A stretch of DNA of 32,000 nucleotides from Erysipelotrichaceae bacterium (GTDB taxonomy: Bacteria > Bacillota_I > Bacilli_A > Erysipelotrichales > Erysipelotrichaceae): NCBI GenBank assembly GCA_030604855.1, contig JAUVVC010000008.1, positions 1-32,000 on the forward strand, in the 5' to 3' direction. Each line of letters begins with the position of its first letter. Within the stretch, counting starts at the first letter, position 1. A model generated the notes under the pieces. That model did no database searches. It was not told the DNA's origin and worked only from the letters and a program-made list of their open reading frames with translations. This document shows, in pieces, positions 8,368-17,641 of this stretch. Position numbers and translations under genes: made by a program.

Positions 8368-8659
8368 TTATTGAATATTATTAAAGTCAACATAAAATGA
8401 ACTCAATTGTAGACACAAGATACATTGGTTCATAAAGTTGCACCAATCTTGTCTGGAAAGTTCAGTATCATTGAGATTGTGTAATTTATGATTACTATTA
8501 TCCAACGATAACATCCATGTAATATTTATCTATTAATGAATGATTTGGAAACATCATATTCTCGCATAAAATTGGAACAAATTTTCATTGTGAATCCTTT
8601 ATCTAAACTAACTTTAATGTTAGGATGAAGATTAAGTGGAAAGCAGGGGAAATATAATA

Positions 8660-9484
8660 ATGAATGTAAAACTCGTAATTGCAGACATCGACGGGACCTT
8701 GGTGAACTATGGCAAAAACATCATGCCGTTGACACGACAAGCACTCATCGATCTTCATGAGAAAGGTGTTTTGTTAGGCATCGCATCCGGACGTCCTGTA
8801 GGAGATCAACTTAAAGCAAATGCAGAGCGTTGGGGCTTGGATTTTCAATTCGATGTCATCATTGGTATGAACGGTGGACAACTCTTGGACGTTCGCAACG
8901 ATACTTATCAAGAATTCTACAAGTTAAAGGGCGAAGTCATTCACGAAATCATCGATATGATGCGTCCATTGGATTTGAATCCTTTTGTTTATAAGACTGG
9001 TTACATGTTAAGTGGACGTTTGGATGAGGAAATGAAAGCGTCGGCTGTACGAAACCATGAACCTGCCCTTCCGGTTAATGACGAAGCTGAACTGTGGGAA
9101 GAAGATAATGCGAAATTGTTATTCAGATTGCCGCCAAATCCAAACGAAGTAAAGCGTATCGTTGAGTTTGCGGCAGCACATCCTAAACCCTACTATCAAT
9201 CCTTCTTATCTGGACCTAAGATGTTGGAGTTCCAAGATCCACGAGTTAATAAAGGCGTCGCTTTGATTGAGTATTGTCGTGCCAACAATATCGAGCTTTC
9301 TGAAGTCATCGCCATTGGGGATGCGTCGAATGATAATGATATGTTAAAAGTAGCGGGCGTAGGAGTATGTTTGAAGAGTGGTACACCGGATACACTTGCG
9401 ATCGCCGATGTCATCACAGAGTATGATTGTGATGAGGATGGCACAGGCCGATATCTTTATGACTATGTGTTGAATGTTGCTTGA
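8660..9484 (+). CDS. Cof-type HAD-IIB family hydrolase (sugar-phosphate phosphatase-like)
   Basis: Motif I VIADIDGTL, motif II GIASGR, motif IV GDASNDNDM. The ATG at 8660 is preferred to the GTG at 8636 (GGGGA about 9 nt upstream). Confidence 0.8.
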   Translation: MNVKLVIADIDGTLVNYGKNIMPLTRQALIDLHEKGVLLGIASGRPVGDQLKANAERWGLDFQFDVIIGMNGGQLLDVRNDTYQEFYKLKGEVIHEIIDMMRPLDLNPFVYKTGYMLSGRLDEEMKASAVRNHEPALPVNDEAELWEEDNAKLLFRLPPNPNEVKRIVEFAAAHPKPYYQSFLSGPKMLEFQDPRVNKGVALIEYCRANNIELSEVIAIGDASNDNDMLKVAGVGVCLKSGTPDTLAIADVITEYDCDEDGTGRYLYDYVLNVA

Positions 9485-9506
9485 ACAAGATAAATAGAAA
9501 TTCATC

Positions 9507-9540
9507 AAGGTCGTGAAAGTTAAAACGACCTTTTCATTTG
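9507..9540 (+). terminator. Rho-independent terminator of the HAD gene
   Basis: AAGGTCGT-GAAAGTTAAA-ACGACCTT followed by TTCATTT. Confidence 0.65.
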
Positions 9541-9758
9541 ATTTAACTCAAGCACAAATCAAAAGTTCATGGATTATAGAAGCAATATTCACGACTTAAC
9601 AATGTGACAAATTTGTCTCTAAACATAAGCAGAAACATACGACAATTGATGATTTGATGATGTATAATTGTGGCAAAGTTAAGCTATCGTGTGAATCATT
9701 GAATACAATTTAAGTAAAAGATAAGTTCAATAATCACCGACATCTCGATGGGGTCATC

Positions 9759-10640
9759 ATGACAACGATAAAGAACGGTTTTGTGCTACACGACATTAAG
9801 AAGGATATCAAAATTGAATCCATTCATGCGATTTTTTACTCTGAACTTAAGAATACGCACATATTTAGTGGTGAGAGTCATGATTTTTGGGAATTCATGT
9901 ATGTCGACCATGGACACATCATCGGACATATTGAGTCAAATAATATGATGGTAGAAAAAGGGTACGGGATATTGATTCGACCTAATGATTTTCATGACCT
10001 ATATGGAAACGGACGCGATGCTTCAAATATTGTTAATTTTAGTTTTGTGTGTCATTTCGAAGGTCTTAATCAAGTGTGCAATCGGGTTAAAAAACTGACG
10101 CAGTTTCAATCCAATATTCTAAAGAATTTATTTGTTGCATTGGAGTTGCCTAAGACGAGCTTATACAAGCTGAATCTATACACCGCTTTGGATGGAAACA
10201 TAACAGGTAAACAGCAAATGATCGCCAATTTATTGGAGGTTTTTCTCATTGATTTCTATCAAAGTAACATCACCATCAAAACTACGGAACACTTACCGAT
10301 TCTGAGTGAAGAAGAACTTGACAAGGAAGCGGCAAACATCTTGTCTGTCATTCACTCAAACATCAATATCAAAATTGATTTGGAGTTCATTTCTGAAGAA
10401 ACAGGGTACACTGCAGAACGGATCCGAAAGGTCATCAAACAGAATTTTGATGTGCCTCTCAAAGTCTTGGTGAATCAAATCAAGATTAATAAAGCGAAAA
10501 CACTTTTACGCGAGACAGATATGAACATCTCAGAGATATCGGAATTCCTTGGATTTTCACGTATTGGCTATTTTTCTGATGTCTTTACATCCATTGTTGG
10601 AATGCGCCCAATGGATTACATCAGTTCGATTAAGGTATAA
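9759..10640 (+). CDS. AraC-family transcriptional regulator (cupin-like sensor plus C-terminal double HTH)
   Basis: 293 aa. The C-terminus KAKTLLRETDMNISEISEFLGFSRIGYFSDVFTSIVGMRP is the AraC/XylS HTH signature. The N-terminal region FWEFMYVDHGH...IRPNDFH is cupin-like. Confidence 0.85.
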   Translation: MTTIKNGFVLHDIKKDIKIESIHAIFYSELKNTHIFSGESHDFWEFMYVDHGHIIGHIESNNMMVEKGYGILIRPNDFHDLYGNGRDASNIVNFSFVCHFEGLNQVCNRVKKLTQFQSNILKNLFVALELPKTSLYKLNLYTALDGNITGKQQMIANLLEVFLIDFYQSNITIKTTEHLPILSEEELDKEAANILSVIHSNINIKIDLEFISEETGYTAERIRKVIKQNFDVPLKVLVNQIKINKAKTLLRETDMNISEISEFLGFSRIGYFSDVFTSIVGMRPMDYISSIKV

Positions 10641-10641
10641 A

Positions 10642-10655
10642 TGTAAGCGCTTATA
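10642..10655. promoter_or_regulatory. cre-like box (one mismatch) just downstream of the AraC stop and upstream of the transporter genes
   Basis: TGTAAGCGCTTATA versus TGWAANCGNTNWCA. It matches all positions except the penultimate conserved C, which is T here. Confidence 0.35.
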
Positions 10656-10747
10656 TTTTGTAAAATTAACTAAGGTTTTTGTAAAGACTTTATTTTGTTG
10701 CCAGATTAAACTGTAGATACAAGCACATAATGTGCAAGGAGGACAAA

Positions 10748-12100
10748 GTGAAGTTACGTAAGTTATTCGCTTTATTAACAATTGCTTCCTTAACGCTGGC
10801 CGGGTGTTCTCAAGCAGAACCTGAACCAGAAGTTGAAGAAATTGTCTTAAAGCTCGCCATCCAAGATGCTGGTTATGGCACCGCACACTGGGAACATATC
10901 ATCGAAACCTTTGAAGCGGAATATCCTAATGTCAGTGTTGAAATGACAGCAAGTCCAGATATTGGAACCTTGATCTCAACATTGGCACAAGCTGGTGATG
11001 ATGAAGAGATGTTCGACCTGATTCAAGCCTATAGCCCTTATGCGGCAGAAGGATTGCTTGAACCCTTAGATGATCTTCTTGATATGCCGTTACCAGACAA
11101 TCCAAATATTTTGTTAAAGGATGCATTCTTGGAAGGTGTCGACAAAATGGTCGTACCTGAAGCAGATGGTAACGTGTACAAGTTGCCTAAATCGATGTGG
11201 TTGGGTGGATTGTTCTACAATAAGGCTGTTTTCGAGAAATATGGATGGAACACCAATCCACAAAATTGGGAAGAATTCCTAGCCTTGATGGCGGATATCA
11301 AAGCAGATGGTTTAAGTCCAATGACCTATGCGGGCATCTATAACTACTTGTATTTCACCGTAGGTTGGCACAAAGCCTTTGAACTTGCGGAAGAAGCAGG
11401 AGATGCAGGATTCAGAAATGATTTCGTAAATTATGGAGATAACCGTTTCAATAACGAGTACATGTTGGCAGTTTATGACAAGGTCTATCAATTGGGTGAA
11501 TTAGGCTACTTTGATCAAGGTGTTGCCGTATTGGATCACACACAATCGCAAATGCAAGTCATTCAAGAGGAGTCTGCTTTGGTATCCTCTGCTGACTGGA
11601 TTGATAATGAAATGAAGAGTGCTTATCCAGTTGATGGTTTCACATGGGGATACATGAGCATTCCATTTGTTGAAGAAAAAGGCGGTAAGATTTATGTGAC
11701 GGCAGGTGCTTCGGATTCCCTATCCATTTGGGCAGGAAAATCTGATGTTCAAAAAGAATGGGCTAAGAAGTTCTTATTGTGGACATTCACGGATGATGCA
11801 CAAAAAGTGACTGCAGAAGCCGCAACTGCGCTTCCAGCTACAGCAACATTCTATGAGGATGAAGCCAATGTCGAGAACCTCGTATCGGCTCAAAAAGCAA
11901 TATTTGCATACATCGCTGAAAATAACGTTGTCATCGAATCCAACTATGCGATTCCACCAGCAAATCTAGATGGTGAATTGATGCAGATGGCAAATACAGA
12001 ATTTGAAACCAATATTCCTTTGATTAGCTTGGCTCAAAAGACAGCAAAAGAAGTCTTGGATGCTGCAAACGATTATTACCAACAAGCGGTTGGTCGATAG
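10748..12100 (+). CDS. ABC transporter extracellular solute-binding lipoprotein (CUT1 sugar/oligosaccharide type)
   Basis: Signal peptide plus lipobox, MKLRKLFALLTIASLTLAGCSQ. About 450 aa, acidic and Trp/Tyr-rich, typical of family-1 SBPs. GTG 10748 is preferred because SD AAGGAGG (10736-10742) sits 5 nt upstream. The ORF is open from 10730. Confidence 0.8.
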   Translation: MKLRKLFALLTIASLTLAGCSQAEPEPEVEEIVLKLAIQDAGYGTAHWEHIIETFEAEYPNVSVEMTASPDIGTLISTLAQAGDDEEMFDLIQAYSPYAAEGLLEPLDDLLDMPLPDNPNILLKDAFLEGVDKMVVPEADGNVYKLPKSMWLGGLFYNKAVFEKYGWNTNPQNWEEFLALMADIKADGLSPMTYAGIYNYLYFTVGWHKAFELAEEAGDAGFRNDFVNYGDNRFNNEYMLAVYDKVYQLGELGYFDQGVAVLDHTQSQMQVIQEESALVSSADWIDNEMKSAYPVDGFTWGYMSIPFVEEKGGKIYVTAGASDSLSIWAGKSDVQKEWAKKFLLWTFTDDAQKVTAEAATALPATATFYEDEANVENLVSAQKAIFAYIAENNVVIESNYAIPPANLDGELMQMANTEFETNIPLISLAQKTAKEVLDAANDYYQQAVGR

Positions 12101-12146
12101 TACAACGCTTGTAAAACCGTTTAACGAAAACCGTTAGCGATACCGC

Positions 12147-12183
12147 AAAAGACCTATCGCTTCTCGCGTAGGTCTTTTGTTTC
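12147..12183 (+). terminator. Intra-operon stem-loop or partial terminator between the SBP and permease genes
   Basis: AGACCTA (12150-12156) pairs with TAGGTCT (12169-12175) across a 12-nt loop, followed by TTTTGTTT. Confidence 0.5.
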
Positions 12184-12200
12184 ATAAGAAAGAAGGCTTT

Positions 12201-13133
12201 ATGAACCGAATCAAAAAATTCTTAAGTGATCATCCATGGATTGCCAAATATAGTTTTGTCTATGGTTTCTTAGCCATTCCATTGGCATTCTACTTGATCT
12301 TTTATCTCTTTCCCAATATTCTTTCCGTCTATTACTCCTTCATGAAATGGAGTGGATTATCGGATCCAAAGTTTATAGGATTGCAGAATTACACACGGCT
12401 CTTCAACGATCCCTTCTTCTACCGTTCTTTGACGCATAATTTCGTGTTGATGTTGCTGGTGCCAATCGTGACACTCAGCCTCGCTCTGATCTTGGCTTTC
12501 TTTCTTGCCCGTGGGCAATCTAAACGACACGACTTGCTTCAAGCGTTGTTCTTTGTCCCAAACATCATTTCTTCAGTTGTTATTGGTTTACTTTGGGCCT
12601 TTATTTACAATGGGGACTTTGGCTTATTGAATGCATTGTTTGGACTGATTGGAATCGATATGGATGGCTTCTGGTGGTTAGGCAATACGGATACGGCCTT
12701 GTTGGCTTTGGTACCTGTCTATGTATGGGTAAATGTAGGTTTCTACACCTTGATCTTCACTAATGCTATTAAAGGTATTCCAGACTCTTTGTATGAAAGT
12801 GCAATTTTAGAAGGTGCCACAGAAGGTCAGATTCTCCGTAAAATTGTCATTCCCATGATCATGGGTGTCATTTCCGTCAGTGCTTTGTTTCTTGTGTTGA
12901 TGACATTCAGATCGTATGATCTCGTCTTGATCTTGACCGGAGGTGGGCCTGGTGGTGCTACTCAAGTCGTTGGTCTATACATGTTCAGTATGGTCTTCCA
13001 AATCCTAGGAACAGCGGCTCGTACACCCAGTTATGGGTATGCATCCGCAATTGGAATCATTCTGTTTATTATCTTAATCGTTGCAAAATTCATCATCGAT
13101 AAGTTGACCAAAACCGATGATATTGAATTCTAG
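12201..13133 (+). CDS. ABC transporter permease (MalF/UgpA-like, CUT1)
   Basis: Six hydrophobic segments. The EAA-type loop AIKGIPDSLYESAILEGATEGQILRKIVIPM is present. The ATG at 12201 is preferred (GAAGG upstream). The ORF is open from 12177. Confidence 0.8.
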   Translation: MNRIKKFLSDHPWIAKYSFVYGFLAIPLAFYLIFYLFPNILSVYYSFMKWSGLSDPKFIGLQNYTRLFNDPFFYRSLTHNFVLMLLVPIVTLSLALILAFFLARGQSKRHDLLQALFFVPNIISSVVIGLLWAFIYNGDFGLLNALFGLIGIDMDGFWWLGNTDTALLALVPVYVWVNVGFYTLIFTNAIKGIPDSLYESAILEGATEGQILRKIVIPMIMGVISVSALFLVLMTFRSYDLVLILTGGGPGGATQVVGLYMFSMVFQILGTAARTPSYGYASAIGIILFIILIVAKFIIDKLTKTDDIEF

Positions 13134-13138
13134 GAGGC

Positions 13139-13969
13139 ATGATGAAAAAAAGAAACTCAATATTCGCAGAAATCATACTCTCTGTATGGGCTGGCTTGAT
13201 CGTCTTGCCATTGATTTGGATCGTATATGTTTCATTGAAAACAAACTATGAGTTTTATCTCGACCCTTGGGCATTGCCAGAAAGCTTACAATTTTCCAAC
13301 TACACCAATGCCATCACGACACTGAATCTTGGGCCCGTTTTTCTCAATACGATTTACTTCGTCTTTGGAGGTTTGATTCTCGGTGTTACAGTCAATACCA
13401 TGGCTGCTTACATTCTGACGCGCTTGGAATGGAAGGGAAAGAAGTTCATTCTCGGAGTCATCATGTTGTCTTTGTTCTTACCAGGCATCAATATCTTGGT
13501 TCCACAATATGTACTCGCCGTTTTCTTCAAATTAAACAACTCCTTAACAGGCTTGATTCTTTTGATCAATGTCGCATTAAGTGCGTTTGACATCTTGTTG
13601 ATGAGCAGTTTCATGCGTTCCATTCCTAAAGAACTTGAGGAAAGTGCACGGATGGATGGTGCAAGTTTATGGATCATTTTTTGGAAGATCATCTTTCCAC
13701 TATCAATGCCTGGAATCATTACGATTTCAATCTTCCGTTTCTTAAATCTATACAACGATTTTATCAATCCCTTTATCTATTTGACTGATCCAAGCAAACA
13801 TACGGTGGCAGTCAGTGTTTATTATGCGAATACGGTCTTACGTTATACCTCAAACTATGTCACGCTCTTTGCGGCCATCGTCGTATCACTGGTTCCTACA
13901 CTCGTGGTCTACGCGATCTTCCAAAAACGTGTCGTTGCAGGGGCAACCATTGGAGCTGTGAAAGGCTAG
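13139..13969 (+). CDS. ABC transporter permease (MalG/UgpE-like, CUT1)
   Basis: EAA loop SIPKELEESARMDGASLWIIFWKIIFPL with six hydrophobic segments. It starts 5 nt after the previous gene, behind AGGAGG. Confidence 0.8.
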   Translation: MMKKRNSIFAEIILSVWAGLIVLPLIWIVYVSLKTNYEFYLDPWALPESLQFSNYTNAITTLNLGPVFLNTIYFVFGGLILGVTVNTMAAYILTRLEWKGKKFILGVIMLSLFLPGINILVPQYVLAVFFKLNNSLTGLILLINVALSAFDILLMSSFMRSIPKELEESARMDGASLWIIFWKIIFPLSMPGIITISIFRFLNLYNDFINPFIYLTDPSKHTVAVSVYYANTVLRYTSNYVTLFAAIVVSLVPTLVVYAIFQKRVVAGATIGAVKG

Positions 13970-13981
13970 AAAGATATTCAT

Positions 13982-15226
13982 ATGAACTTAATTCTTATTG
14001 GTGCAGGCAACCGTGGTATGGAAATTTATGCACACTGGATCAAAGCCAAACATCCAGATGTGAAATTTGTTGCCATGGCTGATCCCAATGTGAACAAACG
14101 CCTGCGCTTTTCTCGTGATTTTAATATACCTCCCGAAGCGTGTTATGACTCTTGGGAAAGCATCTTAAGTCAAGATAAGCTTGCCGATGCGGCCATTATA
14201 TCCACACAGGATTTCATGCATTATGAACCAACGATTCAAGCCTTATCAAAAGGGTACCATGTCTTGTTAGAAAAGCCGATCTCAGGCTCTAAGAAAGAAT
14301 TGATTGATTTGCGTGAACATGCCAAAGCACAAAAACGCATTCTTTCCATAGCGCATGTGTTGCGCTATTCAGATTTCTTTGGTGTGATCAAACATTTACT
14401 TGATGACAAGGTTATTGGTGAGCTTAAAAGCATTCAACACGAAGAGAATATTGCGTACTACCACTACGCACATAGCTTTGTTCGTGGACCTTGGAACCGC
14501 TCTGACCTCGCCAATCCCATCATCTTAGCGAAGGCTTGCCATGATATGGACCTGATGGCATGGTATGTGGATTCAAAATGTATTCGTGTTTCCTCTTTTG
14601 GAACGCAAAACACATTGATACCCAAAAACAAACTCAAGGATGCACCACGTCGATGTGGTACGCACTGTCCCCATGCGGAGACGTGTGTCTATGAAGTCAA
14701 TAAATTGTATGGTCAAGCAAAAGCCCAACACCTTGCAAAAATCATTGAAAATGAATATGGAAGTCTCGAAAAGGGGTTGAATTCATCCAACTATGGACGT
14801 TGCGTTTACGATATGGACAACGATGTCATGGAGACACAAACAACTTTGCTCGAATTTGAAAATGGTGTGCACGTAAGTTTCCATTTATGCGCATTTACCG
14901 ATGAAATCTCACGTTACTTGCATTTGATGGGAACAGAAGGTGAAATTCGTGGAAACACCCTTGAACGCAAAATCGTTGTGAAGCGTTATGATGAAAAAGA
15001 AGAACGTGTCATTCAAATCGGAGAATCGGATTCACTTCATGAAGGTGGCGATGCAGGCATCGTCAAAGGATTCATCGAAGAGGTTCGAGCAAATAATATT
15101 GAGAACGGACGGACTTCTGTGGATAAATCCATCATGAGTCATTTGATGTCTTTAGCGGCGGAAGCTTCACGCTTAAGCCATCGCGTTATTGATATGGAAG
15201 TTTTTGAAAAGGAGATCGATGCATGA
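13982..15226 (+). CDS. Gfo/Idh/MocA-family NAD(P)-dependent oxidoreductase, paralogue 1 (four-Cys insertion)
   Basis: Rossmann motif ILIGAGNRG, EKP motif VLLEKPIS, K-x2-H-x2-D (KACHDMD), HEGGD near the C-terminus. Cys cluster C-GTH-C-PHAET-C ... GRC (14654-14803). Confidence 0.85.
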   Translation: MNLILIGAGNRGMEIYAHWIKAKHPDVKFVAMADPNVNKRLRFSRDFNIPPEACYDSWESILSQDKLADAAIISTQDFMHYEPTIQALSKGYHVLLEKPISGSKKELIDLREHAKAQKRILSIAHVLRYSDFFGVIKHLLDDKVIGELKSIQHEENIAYYHYAHSFVRGPWNRSDLANPIILAKACHDMDLMAWYVDSKCIRVSSFGTQNTLIPKNKLKDAPRRCGTHCPHAETCVYEVNKLYGQAKAQHLAKIIENEYGSLEKGLNSSNYGRCVYDMDNDVMETQTTLLEFENGVHVSFHLCAFTDEISRYLHLMGTEGEIRGNTLERKIVVKRYDEKEERVIQIGESDSLHEGGDAGIVKGFIEEVRANNIENGRTSVDKSIMSHLMSLAAEASRLSHRVIDMEVFEKEIDA

Positions 15227-16446
15227 AACTGGCACTGGTTGGAGCAGGGAATCGAATCACATTTCAATATGCCTTGAATCTGCATGATCATTATGCGGAT
15301 CAAGTCGAGATCGTCGGTATCTTTGATGCCAACACGACACGTGCCGAGCGCTTGCGTCAACGACTCGACGGTAAAGTAAAGACCTATCAAAGCATGGAAA
15401 GCATGTTGGCTGAAAGTGGTTGTGATACGGTTCTTGTAGGAACGATGGATGCCACACATGATGTCTATATCGATCAGGCAATGCGACATGGTTGTGATGT
15501 GATTTGTGAAAAACCAATCACGACGACACCCGAGAAATCCAAGGTGATTCTCAATGCTGAGCGAGAAACACAAAAACGATTGACGATCACGTTCAATTAC
15601 CGATTCACTCGCTTCGCTACGACCATCAAAGAGACTTTGCGTACACATTCAATTGGAACTATCAAAAGTGTTCATTTTGAGTGGTTGTTGGATCAGGAAC
15701 ATGGTGCGGATTATTTTAGACGTTGGCATCGTGAAAAAAAGAATTCAGGTGGGTTGGCGGTTCATAAGGCCACACATCACTTTGATTTGGTCAATTGGTT
15801 GATCGAGAAGAAACCTTTAGAGGTCTATGCCAAAGGGGGCCTCTACTTCTATGGGTCAAAGAACAGTTCATTTAAAGGAGATTATTGCCGTGTTTGTCCT
15901 CATCAAAAAGAGTGTCGCTTCTATAAGAATTACAAAGCTGACGAAGCCATCCATTCGATGTTTTTTGAAGCGGAACATGAAGATGGATATCATCGTGACG
16001 GATGCGTATTCTCGGATCAGATCGATATTGAAGATACCATCACGGCCTTAGTGTCGTATGAAGATGGGATTGATTTAAGCTATAAACTGATCGCCTATGC
16101 CCCGTATGAGGGCTATCGACTTACGATCACTGGTGATAAAGGACGTATAGAGGCTGAAGATTTCCATGGTCTGGTGGGTCCGTATGCAAATGAACAGATT
16201 TATCATCTTGTTGTATTCGATGATCAAGGAAATAAACAAACTATTGAGGTTCCAGTTTCAATAGGTTCACACGGGGGAGGGGATGATCGTATGATGGAGA
16301 TGATCTTTTCTGGAAAAACGATGGAAGATCCACTCAACCATATGGCAGACAGTGAAGCTGGCTTTGATGCGGCCTTTATTGGAATGGCGATCAATCATTC
16401 ATTGGCTGAAAAACGTGTCGTAAGAATTGAAGAATTGAGAAAGTAA
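15223..16446 (+). CDS. Gfo/Idh/MocA-family oxidoreductase, paralogue 2 (four-Cys insertion)
   Basis: LVGAGNRI, VICEKPIT, KATHHFD, HGGGD. Cys cluster C-RV-C-PHQKE-C ... DGC (15886-16005). ATGA start/stop overlap with paralogue 1. Confidence 0.85.
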   Translation: MKLALVGAGNRITFQYALNLHDHYADQVEIVGIFDANTTRAERLRQRLDGKVKTYQSMESMLAESGCDTVLVGTMDATHDVYIDQAMRHGCDVICEKPITTTPEKSKVILNAERETQKRLTITFNYRFTRFATTIKETLRTHSIGTIKSVHFEWLLDQEHGADYFRRWHREKKNSGGLAVHKATHHFDLVNWLIEKKPLEVYAKGGLYFYGSKNSSFKGDYCRVCPHQKECRFYKNYKADEAIHSMFFEAEHEDGYHRDGCVFSDQIDIEDTITALVSYEDGIDLSYKLIAYAPYEGYRLTITGDKGRIEAEDFHGLVGPYANEQIYHLVVFDDQGNKQTIEVPVSIGSHGGGDDRMMEMIFSGKTMEDPLNHMADSEAGFDAAFIGMAINHSLAEKRVVRIEELRK

Positions 16447-16459
16447 GGGTGTAATACAC

Positions 16460-17641
16460 ATGCAAAAATTTATCATCGTCGGAGGGGGTGCCCGTGGCAT
16501 CTTCTTCTCGGAAATACTTGAAAATGAACTTAACTGCAAAGTGCTTGCGATCATGGACAAATTCGTAGAGGGGAATCCATTCATTGAGGCTCGATTGAAA
16601 GAAGCGAAGATTGAAGGCGTTGAAATTTACAACGATTTAGAAGCCATGCTTGAAAAATATCCAAGTGATTCAGTAGATGGAGCCTTTATTATGACACCGG
16701 AGTGGACGCATTTAAGCGTCTTTAAGCGATTAACAAAGGGAAATTACAATATCTTTCTTGAGAAACCGATTGCGACCACCAAAGAAGCCATATTAGAAAT
16801 TGGTCAAATCGCAAAGAGTTATCCAAAAGTGATTCAAGTAGGCTTTGTCATGCGTTATTCTCCTTTCTATCGTAAGATCAAATCTTGGATCGCAGAAAAT
16901 GATATGGGACGCATCGCACACATTCAAATGAGTGAACGTTTGACTGTTGCGCATGGTACAAAGTTCAAAAGAAGTTGGCATCGTATGAAAGAATTCACGG
17001 GGGGCTTCATGAATGAGAAGTGCTCACATGACTTGGATATGATGTGTTGGATCAAAGAAAAAGACGCCAAACCTGTAGGGGTCATGTCCATGGGAACACG
17101 TGCGTTTGCGCATGAATCGGTTGGACAGACATCCTGTTCAACATGTCCAGACAAGAAGTGTATCTATCGTGAAGACATCACTCAGTATGCGAAATATCAT
17201 GCGGGTAAGGTTCTTCTGGATAGCACAGCGGGTGGCGTGAATGAATGCATTTATGGCAATGCATCGGACATTCACGATACACAGTCGGTTATGATTTTAT
17301 TTGATGATGGGACGCACGGAACCTTTTCGGTCGTCGCTATGAGTGGTAAGGATGGCCGTGACATCACGATTCATTTCGAATATGGCATGATCTACGGTGA
17401 TCTAGAAGCAGGTGATTTGACGAAGATTGACTATCGTACGAATCAAACAGAGAAATATCATATCTCTGGAATGAATTTTCATGGGGGTGGTGATACCATC
17501 GTTGTTCGTGAATTTACTGAATGTAGCTTAAATGGAACGAAGCCAGTGGCATCCGTTGAAGATGGTCTTCGTGCATCCCTGCTTGCTTTCTGCGTAGACG
17601 AAAGCATAGAATTGAAATCATTTGTGAGGCTGCCTGAATGA
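16460..17641 (+). CDS. Gfo/Idh/MocA-family oxidoreductase, paralogue 3 (four-Cys insertion)
   Basis: IIVGGGARG, IFLEKPIA, KCSHDLD, HGGGD. Cys cluster C-ST-C-PDKK-C ... NEC (17135-17248). Confidence 0.85.
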   Translation: MQKFIIVGGGARGIFFSEILENELNCKVLAIMDKFVEGNPFIEARLKEAKIEGVEIYNDLEAMLEKYPSDSVDGAFIMTPEWTHLSVFKRLTKGNYNIFLEKPIATTKEAILEIGQIAKSYPKVIQVGFVMRYSPFYRKIKSWIAENDMGRIAHIQMSERLTVAHGTKFKRSWHRMKEFTGGFMNEKCSHDLDMMCWIKEKDAKPVGVMSMGTRAFAHESVGQTSCSTCPDKKCIYREDITQYAKYHAGKVLLDSTAGGVNECIYGNASDIHDTQSVMILFDDGTHGTFSVVAMSGKDGRDITIHFEYGMIYGDLEAGDLTKIDYRTNQTEKYHISGMNFHGGGDTIVVREFTECSLNGTKPVASVEDGLRASLLAFCVDESIELKSFVRLPE

